Shown here: positions 39,028-48,022 of the stretch, in pieces
How positions within the stretch are numbered: position 1 is the first letter of the stretch
Layout of the letters: each line of letters opens with the position of its first letter
Source of the DNA: Planctomycetota bacterium
GTDB taxonomy: Bacteria > Planctomycetota > UBA8108 > SXIK01
Assembly (NCBI GenBank): GCA_965223845.1
Contig: CBDCXR010000004.1
Span: forward strand, 2,208,001-2,272,000
Reading direction: 5' to 3'
Length of the DNA stretch: 64,000 bases
Position numbers and translations under genes: made by a program
The notes under the pieces: generated by a model
Databases searched by the model: none
The model's input: the letters and a program-made list of their open reading frames with translations, nothing else
What the model was told of the DNA's origin: nothing

Positions 39028-40503
39028 TTAGGCGATCAGATCGTGGACGACGCTCCCGTGGACGTCCGTCAGGCGAAAGTCCCGCCCGGCGTAGCGGTAC
39101 GTCAGCTTCTCGTGGTCGAATCCGAGCAGCCACAGGATCGTCGCCTGGAGATCGTGGACGTGGACCGGTTTCTCGACGGCGCGGAACCCGAATTCGTCCG
39201 TCGCGCCGTACGTGATTCCGCCGCGGACTCCGCCGCCGGCAAGCCACGTCGTGTAGCCCCAGTGGTTGTGGTCGCGCCCGTTGATCTTGCCGGCATTCGC
39301 CCCCTTCTGGGGCAGCTCGACTGTCGGCGTGCGACCGAACTCGCCACCCCAGATGACGAGAGTCTCGTCGAGGAGTCCCCGCTCCTTGAGATCGGACAAG
39401 AGCGCCCCGATCGCGCGATCGCACTCACCCGCGAGGCGGCGGTGGTTCACCTCGATGTCGTCGTGGTTGTCCCACGGCTGCCCCGCACCATGCCACACCT
39501 GCACGTAGCGGACGCCCCGCTCGACGAGACGACGCGCGATGAGGATCTGACGCGCCTGGACGCTGCTTCCGTACTGCTCTCGGACCGACTCCGGCTCCCG
39601 CTTCACGTCGAAGGCATCGCTCGCCTCGATCTGCATGCGATACGCGAGCTCGAAGCTCTGAATGCGCGCTTCGAGCTCGGCGTCGCGGCTCCGCTTCTCG
39701 AGGTGGCGGCGGTTGAGCTCCTGGACGAAATCGAGCTCGCGTCGCTGCTCCTCCGAGCTCAAATGTGAGTTGCGGATGTTCTCGATGAGCTTCTCGATCT
39801 CTGAATGACGCGTGTCGACGTGCGTTCCTTGGTAGATTCCCGGGAGGAACGCCGACTGCCAGTTCTGCGTTTCCTGAATCGGGTAGCCGCCGGGGCACAT
39901 CGCGACGAATCCCGGCAGATTCTGATTCTCCGTGCCGAGTCCGTACGTCACCCACGAGCCCATGCTCGGACGGATCAGCCGCGCGTCGCCGCAGTTGAGG
40001 AGCATGAGCGACGGCTCATGGTTCGGAACGTCGGCGTGCATCGAGCGAATGACCGCGATGTCATCGATCTGGGCCGCGACGTGCGGGAAGAGCTCCGAGA
40101 CCTCGATTCCGCTTCTTCCGTACCGCCGAAACTCGAAGGGCGATGGATACGCCGCGCCGGTCTTTCGCTCCGTCTTCAGGTTGAACGGAAGCTCCTTCCC
40201 GGCGTAGCGGGTGAGCATCGGCTTCGGGTCGAACGTGTCGACGTGCGAGGGCCCGCCGTTCATGAAGAGATGGATGACGTGCTTCGCTCGCGGGGCGAAG
40301 TGAGGCGCTTTCGGCGCCATGGGATTCGCAGGCGCTCCGGTCTTCGCCTCGACCTGTGAGGGAGCGAGCAAGCCCTCGGCCGCCATCAAGCTCGCGAGTC
40401 CGAAGGAGGCGAATCCCTGGCCGCACCGCGCGAGGAGCTCTCGCCGCGTGAGGAACGCGGCGGGCGGGGGAAGTCGGCTGCCGGCGGGCGAGTCGTGGTT
40501 CAT
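39028..40503 (-). CDS. DUF1501 domain protein (Tat-exported, planctomycete-type)
   Basis: 'TRRELL' Tat motif, 'AKHVIHLFMNGGPSHVDTFDPKP', 'ARRLVERGVRYV', 'GEFGRTP', 'GRDHN'. Confidence 0.93.
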   Translation of the reverse strand: MNHDSPAGSRLPPPAAFLTRRELLARCGQGFASFGLASLMAAEGLLAPSQVEAKTGAPANPMAPKAPHFAPRAKHVIHLFMNGGPSHVDTFDPKPMLTRYAGKELPFNLKTERKTGAAYPSPFEFRRYGRSGIEVSELFPHVAAQIDDIAVIRSMHADVPNHEPSLMLLNCGDARLIRPSMGSWVTYGLGTENQNLPGFVAMCPGGYPIQETQNWQSAFLPGIYQGTHVDTRHSEIEKLIENIRNSHLSSEEQRRELDFVQELNRRHLEKRSRDAELEARIQSFELAYRMQIEASDAFDVKREPESVREQYGSSVQARQILIARRLVERGVRYVQVWHGAGQPWDNHDDIEVNHRRLAGECDRAIGALLSDLKERGLLDETLVIWGGEFGRTPTVELPQKGANAGKINGRDHNHWGYTTWLAGGGVRGGITYGATDEFGFRAVEKPVHVHDLQATILWLLGFDHEKLTYRYAGRDFRLTDVHGSVVHDLIA

Positions 40504-40524
40504 GAAATCGGCCCGTCTGTCCTC

Positions 40525-43338
40525 TCAATCCACAAAGACAAACTCGTTCGCGAACAGCAGAACGCGTCCAAGGCGCTCCCACGCGGTGCTCTCGTCGCCC
40601 GCAACGGAATCGATGAAGGCTAACGCCAAGCCGAGCTCGTCGGCCGTCGGCTCGCGTGAGTAAGCAAGACGGTAGAGATGCGAGACGCGGTGCTCGTCGG
40701 ACGGCAGCGCGTTCAGCTCCTCTCGCCGCGCGGCATGCCGAGCCTGTTCCGCCGCAAAGTCTCCATTCATGAAGTAGAGAGCCTGCTGGGGAACGGTCGT
40801 GACGTGCCGCCCGGGACTCGTCGCGTCCGGGCTCGCGAAGTCGAAGACGCGCAAGACCCCGGGAAGGTTCTGCCGCTCGATGAACGCGTACACCGAGCGC
40901 CTCACCGAGAACGGCTTCCGGAAGACGTCGACGGACGCACCGCCCATCCGAAGGTCGAGCTGCCCCCCGAACGAGAGCAGCGCATCGCGAAGCGGCTCGA
41001 ATTCGAGACGTCGCCTCGTCGCGCGCGAAAGGAGTCGATTCTCGGGGTCGATCGCCGACACGCGCTCCGCGTCCGGATGCACGGACGATTGCTGATAGGA
41101 GGCCGAGAGGAGAATCGTCCGGTGGAGCTCCTTCATCGACCACCCCGACGCGACGAAGCGTCGAGCGAGCCAATCGAGAAGTTCGGGATGCGTCGGCGGA
41201 TCGCTCCGCGTACCGAAGTCGCCGAGTGTCCGCACGAGGCCCTGACCGAAGTGGTGCTTCCAAACGCGATTGACGAACACTCGAGCCGTGAGCGGATTGT
41301 CCGGATTCACGATGGCGCGAGCGAGCTCGAGCCGGCCGCTCCCGTCGACGAACGGCGGCCGCGAATCGGGCGGCGACAGAGCCGCGAGGAAGCGCCGCGG
41401 CACCACGTCTCCCGGCCGGCGCGGGTTCCCGCGAAGAAAGACCCGCGGCTCCGCCACGTCCGCGCGATCCACGAGAACCATGGCGCGCGCGGGCGCCGCG
41501 GGCGAAGTCGCACGAAAGGTATCGATCGCCTTGCGCAGCTCGCGCTGGCGCCCGCGAGTCGCGCGATCGAGGTAGCGCCGGAGTTGATCGTTCGGAATCG
41601 CCGTCGGCGACCCGTCGGCGAAGAGAAGGGCTCGGAGCTCGGCGAGCGCGGCGGCTGAGCGATCGTCGCTCGATTCTCCCGTCGCGCTGGCGCCGTCCTC
41701 CGCGAGCCTCCGAAAGAGAGCCGTATAGATCGCCGCGAGCGCTTCCCGCGATTCCGGAAGGCGGGCGCGGAGTGCAGCCCTCAGCGCGGCGTTGAGGGGC
41801 GCCGAGCTGAGCTCGATCCTCTGCCGAATTCGCTGGGAAACCACCTCACCGCTGCTCGCCGCGGCTTCGATCCAGAGGCCAAACACGGGGTGGGAGGAGT
41901 TCAAACGCCGGAGGTAGTCGCGCCATCGGGCAACGGCGATCGGCTTCAGGTCGCCCTTTCCGAGCGACTGCGAGCCGACCGAGTCGTCGGGGGACGACGC
42001 GGCGAGCAGGTAGCGTCCCACCTCCGACCGGAGAGTCCGTTCGACATCCGCGCGCGCCTTCTTCGTGAACTCTTCGAGCTGTCGCTCGCGCTTCGCGAGC
42101 TCCGCGCGGAACCTCTCGTACTCCTCGGTCGGCTCCGGCTCGGCGATGAGCGGGAGCTCGCCCGGCTCGAGCGAGTTTTGGAATACGCCGTACAGCGAGT
42201 AGTAGTCCTCCATCGGGATCGGGTCGTATTTGTGGTCGTGACAGCGTGCGCATTGAACGGTGAGCGCCATCGTGCCGCGCGTCACGACATCGATCCGATC
42301 GTCGATGATGTCGTGCTGATTGTTGAGAAAGCGCCGCCCGAGCGTGAGAAATCCCATCGCGGCGAGCATCCCTCGATCAGACTCCGCCAGATCGAGCCGG
42401 TCGCCCGCGATCTGCGCGAGGAGGAAGCGATCGTAGGGGAGGTCGTCGTTGAACGCGCCGATCACCCAGTCGCGATAGGTGTAGGAAAACGGAAAACGCC
42501 GCTCCGCCGTGAAGACGTATCCCTTGGTGTCCGCGTAGCGCGCGATGTCAAGCCAGTGCCGCCCCCAGCGTTCGCCGTAGCGCGGAGACGCGAGGAAGCG
42601 ATCGACGAGCCGGGCCCAGGCTCCGTTCCGTGTGTCCGCGAGGAAACGATGCACATCGCCCGGATCGGGTGGGAGTCCGTGAAGGTCGAAGCTGAGGCGT
42701 CGGATGAGCGTGCGCCGGTCGGCGGGAGGCGCAGGCGCGAGCTGCGAGTCTTCGAGCCGTCGAAGCACGAACCGATCGAGCTCGTTCCTCGGCCAGTCGC
42801 CTCTCTTCACCGCGGGAGGGCGCGGCTCCCCCACCGGCTGAAACGCCCAGTGGCGCGCCGTGGCGCCCGCGGCGTTCGCGTCGGCACTCACCGAGCGGGG
42901 CCACGGCGCACCGCGCCGCACCCACTCGACGATCGCTGCGATGTCGCGATCCGGGAGCCGCTCCTTCGGAGGCATGCGAATCTCGCCGCGGTGGCGAATC
43001 GCCCGAACGAGGCGACTCTCCTCCGGGCGGCCGGGCACGACGACCGGGTCGCCGCTTCTTCCCCGCAGCAGACCCTCCCGCGAATCGAGTCGGAGTCCCG
43101 CCTTCGGCTCCGTGGCGCCGTGACAGCGGGCGCAGTTCTCGGCGAGCACGGGACGAACTCGCTTCTCGAAAAACTCCTCGTCCTCCGGCGACGGGACGAG
43201 TTCGCCGGCACGACGCTCCTCACCCGGGACGGGAGGCGCGGCGTATCCGGCCAGAAGCAGCACGATCACCCAGCGAGAGCGTGAGCGCTGCACCGCCGGC
43301 GAACCGCCGATCGAGCTGAAGAATTGGAGTCGAACCAT
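40525..43338 (-). CDS. PSD1 / planctomycete cytochrome C protein (PSCyt1, DUF1549, DUF1553)
   Basis: 'FFEKRVRPVL..NCARCHG', 'HWAFQP', 'YGERWGRHWLDIARYADT', 'CARCHDHKYDPI', 'NPLTARVFVNRVW', 'PTHPELLDWLA'; start uncertain. Confidence 0.93.
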   Translation of the reverse strand: MVRLQFFSSIGGSPAVQRSRSRWVIVLLLAGYAAPPVPGEERRAGELVPSPEDEEFFEKRVRPVLAENCARCHGATEPKAGLRLDSREGLLRGRSGDPVVVPGRPEESRLVRAIRHRGEIRMPPKERLPDRDIAAIVEWVRRGAPWPRSVSADANAAGATARHWAFQPVGEPRPPAVKRGDWPRNELDRFVLRRLEDSQLAPAPPADRRTLIRRLSFDLHGLPPDPGDVHRFLADTRNGAWARLVDRFLASPRYGERWGRHWLDIARYADTKGYVFTAERRFPFSYTYRDWVIGAFNDDLPYDRFLLAQIAGDRLDLAESDRGMLAAMGFLTLGRRFLNNQHDIIDDRIDVVTRGTMALTVQCARCHDHKYDPIPMEDYYSLYGVFQNSLEPGELPLIAEPEPTEEYERFRAELAKRERQLEEFTKKARADVERTLRSEVGRYLLAASSPDDSVGSQSLGKGDLKPIAVARWRDYLRRLNSSHPVFGLWIEAAASSGEVVSQRIRQRIELSSAPLNAALRAALRARLPESREALAAIYTALFRRLAEDGASATGESSDDRSAAALAELRALLFADGSPTAIPNDQLRRYLDRATRGRQRELRKAIDTFRATSPAAPARAMVLVDRADVAEPRVFLRGNPRRPGDVVPRRFLAALSPPDSRPPFVDGSGRLELARAIVNPDNPLTARVFVNRVWKHHFGQGLVRTLGDFGTRSDPPTHPELLDWLARRFVASGWSMKELHRTILLSASYQQSSVHPDAERVSAIDPENRLLSRATRRRLEFEPLRDALLSFGGQLDLRMGGASVDVFRKPFSVRRSVYAFIERQNLPGVLRVFDFASPDATSPGRHVTTVPQQALYFMNGDFAAEQARHAARREELNALPSDEHRVSHLYRLAYSREPTADELGLALAFIDSVAGDESTAWERLGRVLLFANEFVFVD

Positions 43339-43366
43339 CGAACGCGCCCGTACGACAGGAAGCCGA

Positions 43367-44656
43367 TTACACCTGCGGAACCATACCCTCACGATACTCG
43401 CGCGTCCAAAGCGCGTCTGCCGCAGGCACACCGACGATGCGACGCTTCTCGGGATCGATCTCGAGAGTTCGGTTCAGACGATAGGCGATGTTCCCGAGAT
43501 GGCAGAGAAGCGTGCTCCGTTGTCCTTCCTCGATCTCGGCGCTCGGGCGATTCGTCTCGCCGCGGATCGCGCGGGCGAAGTCGGCGATGTGGTTGACATC
43601 GTCGCGCCGCGGCGTCCCCGTCTCGACGACCTTGCCGTCGAGGTCGCGGATCTCGTAGCCCGGATCCGTGATGGCGAGCTGCCCGCCGTCCCCGTAGAAA
43701 GCGACGAACGGAAGCTTGTCGGCGCTCCGGCGATGACAACTGCTTCCCTCCCAGGTCGCGCCCTTCTCGCCGAAGTCGAACTGCGCGACGCCCGTGTCCG
43801 GAGTTTCCTGGTCGTCGTCGAATCGGTAGCGGCCGCCGAGGTAGGACACGCGACGCGGACAGTCGACACCGAGCCCCCAGCGTGCGATGTCGAGCGCGTG
43901 GATTCCGTTGTTCGCGAGCTCGCCGCCGCCCCAGTGCCAGTGCCAATGCCAGTTGTAGTGAACGAGGTTGTCCTTGAACGGGCGATCCGGCGCCGGACCT
44001 TGCCAGAGCTCGAAGTCGAGCGACTTCGGGATCTCCGCCGGCTTACCGCGGCCGATCGAACCGCGACGATTGGCGTACCAGCAGCGCGCGTAGCGGACTT
44101 CGCCGATCGCGCCCGCGCGAAGCTTCTCGATCGCTTCGATCACGCTCGGCCAGCTCCTCCGCTGCGTTCCGAGCTGAACGACGCGCCGGTGCTTCCGGGC
44201 CGCAGCGACCATCCACTCACCCTCCTGCGGATTGTGACTCCCCGGCTTCTCGACGTACACGTGCTTCCCGGCCGAGACCGCGAGGATCGTCGCCGGCGCG
44301 TGCCAGTGATTACACGTCGCGACGAACAGGGCGTCGACCGACGGGTCATCGAGCACGCGTCGAACATCGCGCGCGCGCTCCGGCTTGGCACCGAGTCGGT
44401 CTTTCGCAATCGTGGCTACGGCGCGGTCGATTCTCGCCTCGTCCACGTCGCAGACGTGCGAGACGTCGAAGACCGAGCCGCGCGCGTTCGTCCGGATCAG
44501 TCCGAGACCGCGGCCGAGACCCATCACCGCTGCTCGCATGCGTTCGTTGGCACCGAGCGCTCCGAGAGAGATGGACGGGGCGGCACCGAGTCCGGCCCCG
44601 AGAATCGCGCTTCGCGCGAGAAAGCGTCGGCGAGGAATCGAGCGATCGGGTTTCAT
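43367..44656 (-). CDS. Gfo/Idh/MocA-family oxidoreductase with Tat signal
   Basis: 'PRRRFL' Tat motif, 'GANERMRAAVMG', 'ATCNHWHA', 'GKHVYVEKP', 'GTQRRS', 'WQGPAP', 'LCHLGNIAY'. Confidence 0.92.
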   Translation of the reverse strand: MKPDRSIPRRRFLARSAILGAGLGAAPSISLGALGANERMRAAVMGLGRGLGLIRTNARGSVFDVSHVCDVDEARIDRAVATIAKDRLGAKPERARDVRRVLDDPSVDALFVATCNHWHAPATILAVSAGKHVYVEKPGSHNPQEGEWMVAAARKHRRVVQLGTQRRSWPSVIEAIEKLRAGAIGEVRYARCWYANRRGSIGRGKPAEIPKSLDFELWQGPAPDRPFKDNLVHYNWHWHWHWGGGELANNGIHALDIARWGLGVDCPRRVSYLGGRYRFDDDQETPDTGVAQFDFGEKGATWEGSSCHRRSADKLPFVAFYGDGGQLAITDPGYEIRDLDGKVVETGTPRRDDVNHIADFARAIRGETNRPSAEIEEGQRSTLLCHLGNIAYRLNRTLEIDPEKRRIVGVPAADALWTREYREGMVPQV

Positions 44657-44899
44657 GGCGCCTCCGAGAGCCGGGGTTCCTCGCCAGATCCGGGGAGCGC
44701 GGCGGTGAATCGGGAACCGAGAGAGAGGAGGCGCCGTGCTCACCGGGGTGAATCCCGGCAGCGTGAGGATCCGGGTGGCGACCCAGCCGATGCTCAGTTC
44801 TCGACGTTCTCTGGCGCGCTCGATCAAGCCAGGAATTCGGGATTAGCTTCGCGACACTAGGAGCGGCTCATTGTAACCGCGAGCCGGTCCCGGTTCCCG

Positions 44900-46063
44900 C
44901 TATTCGAACGCTTCGAGGCCCGTGATATCCGCCCCGATGATGAGCGCGTGGATGTCGTGTGTTCCTTCGTAGGTCTTGACCGACTCGAGGTTCGCCATAT
45001 GACGCCCGCACTGGTACTCGTACGTGATGCCGTTCGCACCGAGGATGTCCCGCGTCGTGCGCGCGACGTCGAGAGCCATCGCTACGTTGTTCCGCTTCGC
45101 GAGAGAGATCATCTGGTGACGGACGCGCCCCTCGTCCTTCAACTTCGCGAGGCGGAACGCGAGCAGCTGCGCCTTCGTGATTTCGCTCAGCATGTCGACG
45201 AGCTTGGCCTGGACGAGCTGGTACCCGGCGATCGGCCGCGAGAACTGGATGCGCTGCTGGGCGTACTCGAGCGCCTCGGTGTAGCACGCCATCGCCGCAC
45301 CGATCGCCCCCCAAGCGATGCCGCTTCGCGCCTGATTGAGACACTCGAGCGCCGCGCGCAATCCTTCCGCATGCGGGAGGCGCGCCGTCTCCGGGACGCG
45401 GCAGTCGTCTAGCACGAGCTCGGAGGTCACCGAGGCGCGAAGGCTCCACTTGTGCTTCTGCACCGTCGCTGCAAAGCCGGGCGTTCCCTTCTCGACGAGG
45501 AACCCGGCGATGCGGTCGTCGCATCTGGCCCAGACGACCGCCAGGTCGGCGATCGCCCCGTTCGTGATCCACATCTTCGTGCCGCTGAGCGAGTACTCAC
45601 CGCCGAGCCGCTCCGCACGCGTCCGCATGCCTGCAGGATTCGAACCGAAATCGGGTTCGGTGAGGCCGAAGCAGCCGATGCACTCGCCGCGCGCCATCGC
45701 CGGGAGCCACCGAGTCTTCTGCTCCTCGGAGCCGAAGGCGGCGATCGCGTGCATCGCGAGCGATCCCTGCACGCTCACGAAGCTGCGGAGCGCTGAGTCG
45801 CCGCGCTCGAGTTCCTGAAGAGCGAGCCCGTACGCGACCGATCCCACTCCGGCGCAGCCGTAGCCATCGATGTGCGCCCCGAGCACTCCCAGCGCGGCGA
45901 GCTCGGGAACGAGCTCCGCCGGGAAGCGGCCTTCCTCGCACCACTCGGCCGCGTGCGGAAGCACACGCGCATCGACGAAGTCGCGCACGGTCTGGCGAAC
46001 GAGGCGCTCGTCGGACGTCAGCTCGGCGTCGAGCGCGAAGTAGTCGGGAGGAACGAACGGCAT
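44900..46063 (-). CDS. gcdH: acyl-CoA dehydrogenase, glutaryl-CoA dehydrogenase subfamily
   Basis: 'ELERGDSALRSFVSVQGSL', 'CFGLTEPDFGSNP', 'KMWITNG', 'SLRASVT', 'NLESVKTYEGTHDIHALIIG'. Confidence 0.8.
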   Translation of the reverse strand: MPFVPPDYFALDAELTSDERLVRQTVRDFVDARVLPHAAEWCEEGRFPAELVPELAALGVLGAHIDGYGCAGVGSVAYGLALQELERGDSALRSFVSVQGSLAMHAIAAFGSEEQKTRWLPAMARGECIGCFGLTEPDFGSNPAGMRTRAERLGGEYSLSGTKMWITNGAIADLAVVWARCDDRIAGFLVEKGTPGFAATVQKHKWSLRASVTSELVLDDCRVPETARLPHAEGLRAALECLNQARSGIAWGAIGAAMACYTEALEYAQQRIQFSRPIAGYQLVQAKLVDMLSEITKAQLLAFRLAKLKDEGRVRHQMISLAKRNNVAMALDVARTTRDILGANGITYEYQCGRHMANLESVKTYEGTHDIHALIIGADITGLEAFE

Positions 46064-46190
46064 GATCGCCCTCGACGCGCTCAGGAGGCTAGCCCGAAAT
46101 CTCTCACCAGAACCAGCGAGCGCCGCGCCCCCGGCGGTGGCGTAGCAGACTCTGGCGAGGAATCCGAGATAGAGCGGGAGGCAGAAAAAA

Positions 46191-46265
46191 TGACCCCAAG
46201 GGGATTTGAACCCCTGTTACCGGGATGAAAACCCGATGTCCTAGGCCAAACTAGACGATGGGGCC
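46191..46265 (-). tRNA. tRNA-Glu (UUC), CCA not encoded
   Basis: GGCCCCATCGTCTAG...TCGGG-TT-TTC-AT-CCCGG...GGTTCAAATCC...TGGGGTCA cloverleaf, followed by a T run. Confidence 0.95.
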
Positions 46266-46368
46266 AAACAGCGCGCTCGACGCACTTCGATCGAGTCCGC
46301 GGCCGGGGCTCCGGTCTCCGTCGTCGCATCGATCGGATCCGGGCGCGGTCCGGAGAGGCCGAGTTTCG

Positions 46369-46441
46369 TGAGAGCTGCAGGGCTCGAACCTGCGACCCAC
46401 GCCTTAAAAGGGCGTTGCTCTACCAACTGAGCTAAGCTCCC
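46369..46441 (-). tRNA. tRNA-Lys (UUU), CCA not encoded
   Basis: GGGAGCTTAGCTCAGTTGGTAGAGC-A-ACGCC-CT-TTT-AA-GGCGT...GGTTCGAGCCC...AGCTCTCA. Confidence 0.95.
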
Positions 46442-46490
46442 TCAACACGCCGACCGATCGGTCGGCGGAGAGGCCTCATCGGAGGCGACA

Positions 46491-46518
46491 AATGTACTGA
46501 GCCGCGTCTTTTTGTCCA
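46491..46518 (-). promoter_or_regulatory. sigma70-type promoter TGGACA-N16-TACATT for the tRNA-Lys/tRNA-Glu pair
   Basis: Hexamers read directly, with an A/T-rich tract upstream, about 50 nt before tRNA-Lys. Confidence 0.6.
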
Positions 46519-46630
46519 CCAAAACCTACGATTTTTAGCGTGCGAGGCGCGCCGGCAAACGACGGTCGTACGAGAATGATCGGCGCGCACGCTACCTCGG
46601 TCTTTGACGCGAAGAACGCCGCCCGCTTCC

Positions 46631-47185
46631 TCAGAAGTTCGTGAGCTCCTCGGTCTTTCCGCCGAGAATCTCGTCGATCTGCTTCTCGTATTTTTTGACG
46701 AGCTCCTGAACGTCGTTCTTCAGCGCCTTGACCTCGTCCTCGGAAGCCGTCTTCCCGAGCTCGTCGGCGCTCTTGTTGGCATCTCGCCGAACGTTTCGCA
46801 CCGAGACCCGGCCCTCCTCCGCGATTTCCTTCGCCTTCGACGCCAGCTGCTGCCGTCGCTCCTGGGAAAGCGGAGGAATCTTCAGACGGACCACCTTGCC
46901 GTCGTTCGTCGGATGGATTCCGACGTCCGACTTCATGATCGCCTTTTCGAGCTCCGAGAGCGCGCTCGGATCGAACGGCTTGATCACGAGCTGATCCGGC
47001 TCGGGCACCGAGATGTTCGCCAGCTGCTTGATCGGCGTCGGACTGCCGTAGTAGTCGACCCGTACGTTCTCGACGAGTCCCGGGCTCGCGCGACCGGTGC
47101 GCATTCCGGCGAACTTCTGCTTGAGCACCGTACACGCCTTGTCCATGCGTTCCTCGGCGTCGAGCAAGATCGTCTCGTAGTCCAT
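46631..47185 (-). CDS. frr: ribosome recycling factor
   Basis: 'MRTGRASPGLVE', 'VDYYGSPTPIKQLANI', 'PTNDGKVVRL.IPPLSQERR', 'RNVRRDAN'. Confidence 0.97.
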   Translation of the reverse strand: MDYETILLDAEERMDKACTVLKQKFAGMRTGRASPGLVENVRVDYYGSPTPIKQLANISVPEPDQLVIKPFDPSALSELEKAIMKSDVGIHPTNDGKVVRLKIPPLSQERRQQLASKAKEIAEEGRVSVRNVRRDANKSADELGKTASEDEVKALKNDVQELVKKYEKQIDEILGGKTEELTNF

Positions 47186-47286
47186 CCGCTGGCTCTCCCG
47201 GTGGCTGCGCTCCTCTCCGCCGGGGCGCGCAACGATGACCGCGGCTCGAAACGAACACCCCGCGGCGTCGCTCGGTACGGAACCTC

Positions 47287-47997
47287 TCAAGGACCGATCA
47301 AGGTACCGATCGTTTCGCCGGCGAGCAACCGCTCGAGCTGTCCGGGCAGGTCCATGCTGAACACCCGAATCGGCAGCCCGTGGTCCATACACATACTGAT
47401 GGCGGTAGAGTCCATGACGCGCAAGCGTTTTCGTAGCACGTCCGCGTACGAAATCTCGTCGTAGCGTACGGCGTCCGGATGGGAGTCCGGGTCGTCGGAG
47501 TAAACGCCGTCCACCTTGGTCGCCTTCGCGGCGAAGTCGGCTCCGATCTGAAGCGCGCGAAGCGCCGCCGTCGTATCGGTGGTGAAATACGGATTCCCGG
47601 TGCCCCCCGCGAAGATCACGATCTGACCGTCGGCGAGATGAGAGCGCGCGCGGGCGAGGACGAACGGCTCGGCGAGTCCCTCGACGTGGATCGCCGAAAG
47701 CACACGACAGGGAACGTCGATCGAGTCGAAGGTCGCGCGGAGCGCGATCGAGTTCATCACTGTGGCGAGCATCCCGATGTGATCGGCGCTCGCTCGCTCG
47801 ATCGTCTCGTTGGCGAGATCCCCGCCGCGGATGAAGTTGCCGCCACCGAGGATGAGCGCGAGCTCGAGCTCGTCCGGCTGGTACGCGCCCTGAATCCGCC
47901 GAGCAAGATCGAGGACACGCCCGGTGTCGATCCCCGCTCCGCCCGGTGAGCACAGGGACTCTCCGGAGAGCTTGAGCAAGATGCGACGCTTCTTCAT
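47287..47997 (-). CDS. pyrH: uridylate kinase
   Basis: 'RILLKLSGE', 'GGGNFIRG', 'ADHIGMLATVMN', 'GTGNPYFTTDT', 'ATKVDGVY', 'VMDSTA'. Confidence 0.97.
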   Translation of the reverse strand: MKKRRILLKLSGESLCSPGGAGIDTGRVLDLARRIQGAYQPDELELALILGGGNFIRGGDLANETIERASADHIGMLATVMNSIALRATFDSIDVPCRVLSAIHVEGLAEPFVLARARSHLADGQIVIFAGGTGNPYFTTDTTAALRALQIGADFAAKATKVDGVYSDDPDSHPDAVRYDEISYADVLRKRLRVMDSTAISMCMDHGLPIRVFSMDLPGQLERLLAGETIGTLIGP

Positions 47998-48022
47998 TCG
48001 TTCACCGCGAGCGGCGCACCAC

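Noticed and set aside
46064-46200. Genomic island integrated at tRNA-Glu
   Set aside because: No integrase, no duplicated tRNA 3' end noticed, and downstream genes look native in composition
47186-47953. Apparent 256-aa N-terminal extension of Frr in the ORF track
   Set aside because: It overlaps pyrH in another frame; Frr homology starts at ATG 47185
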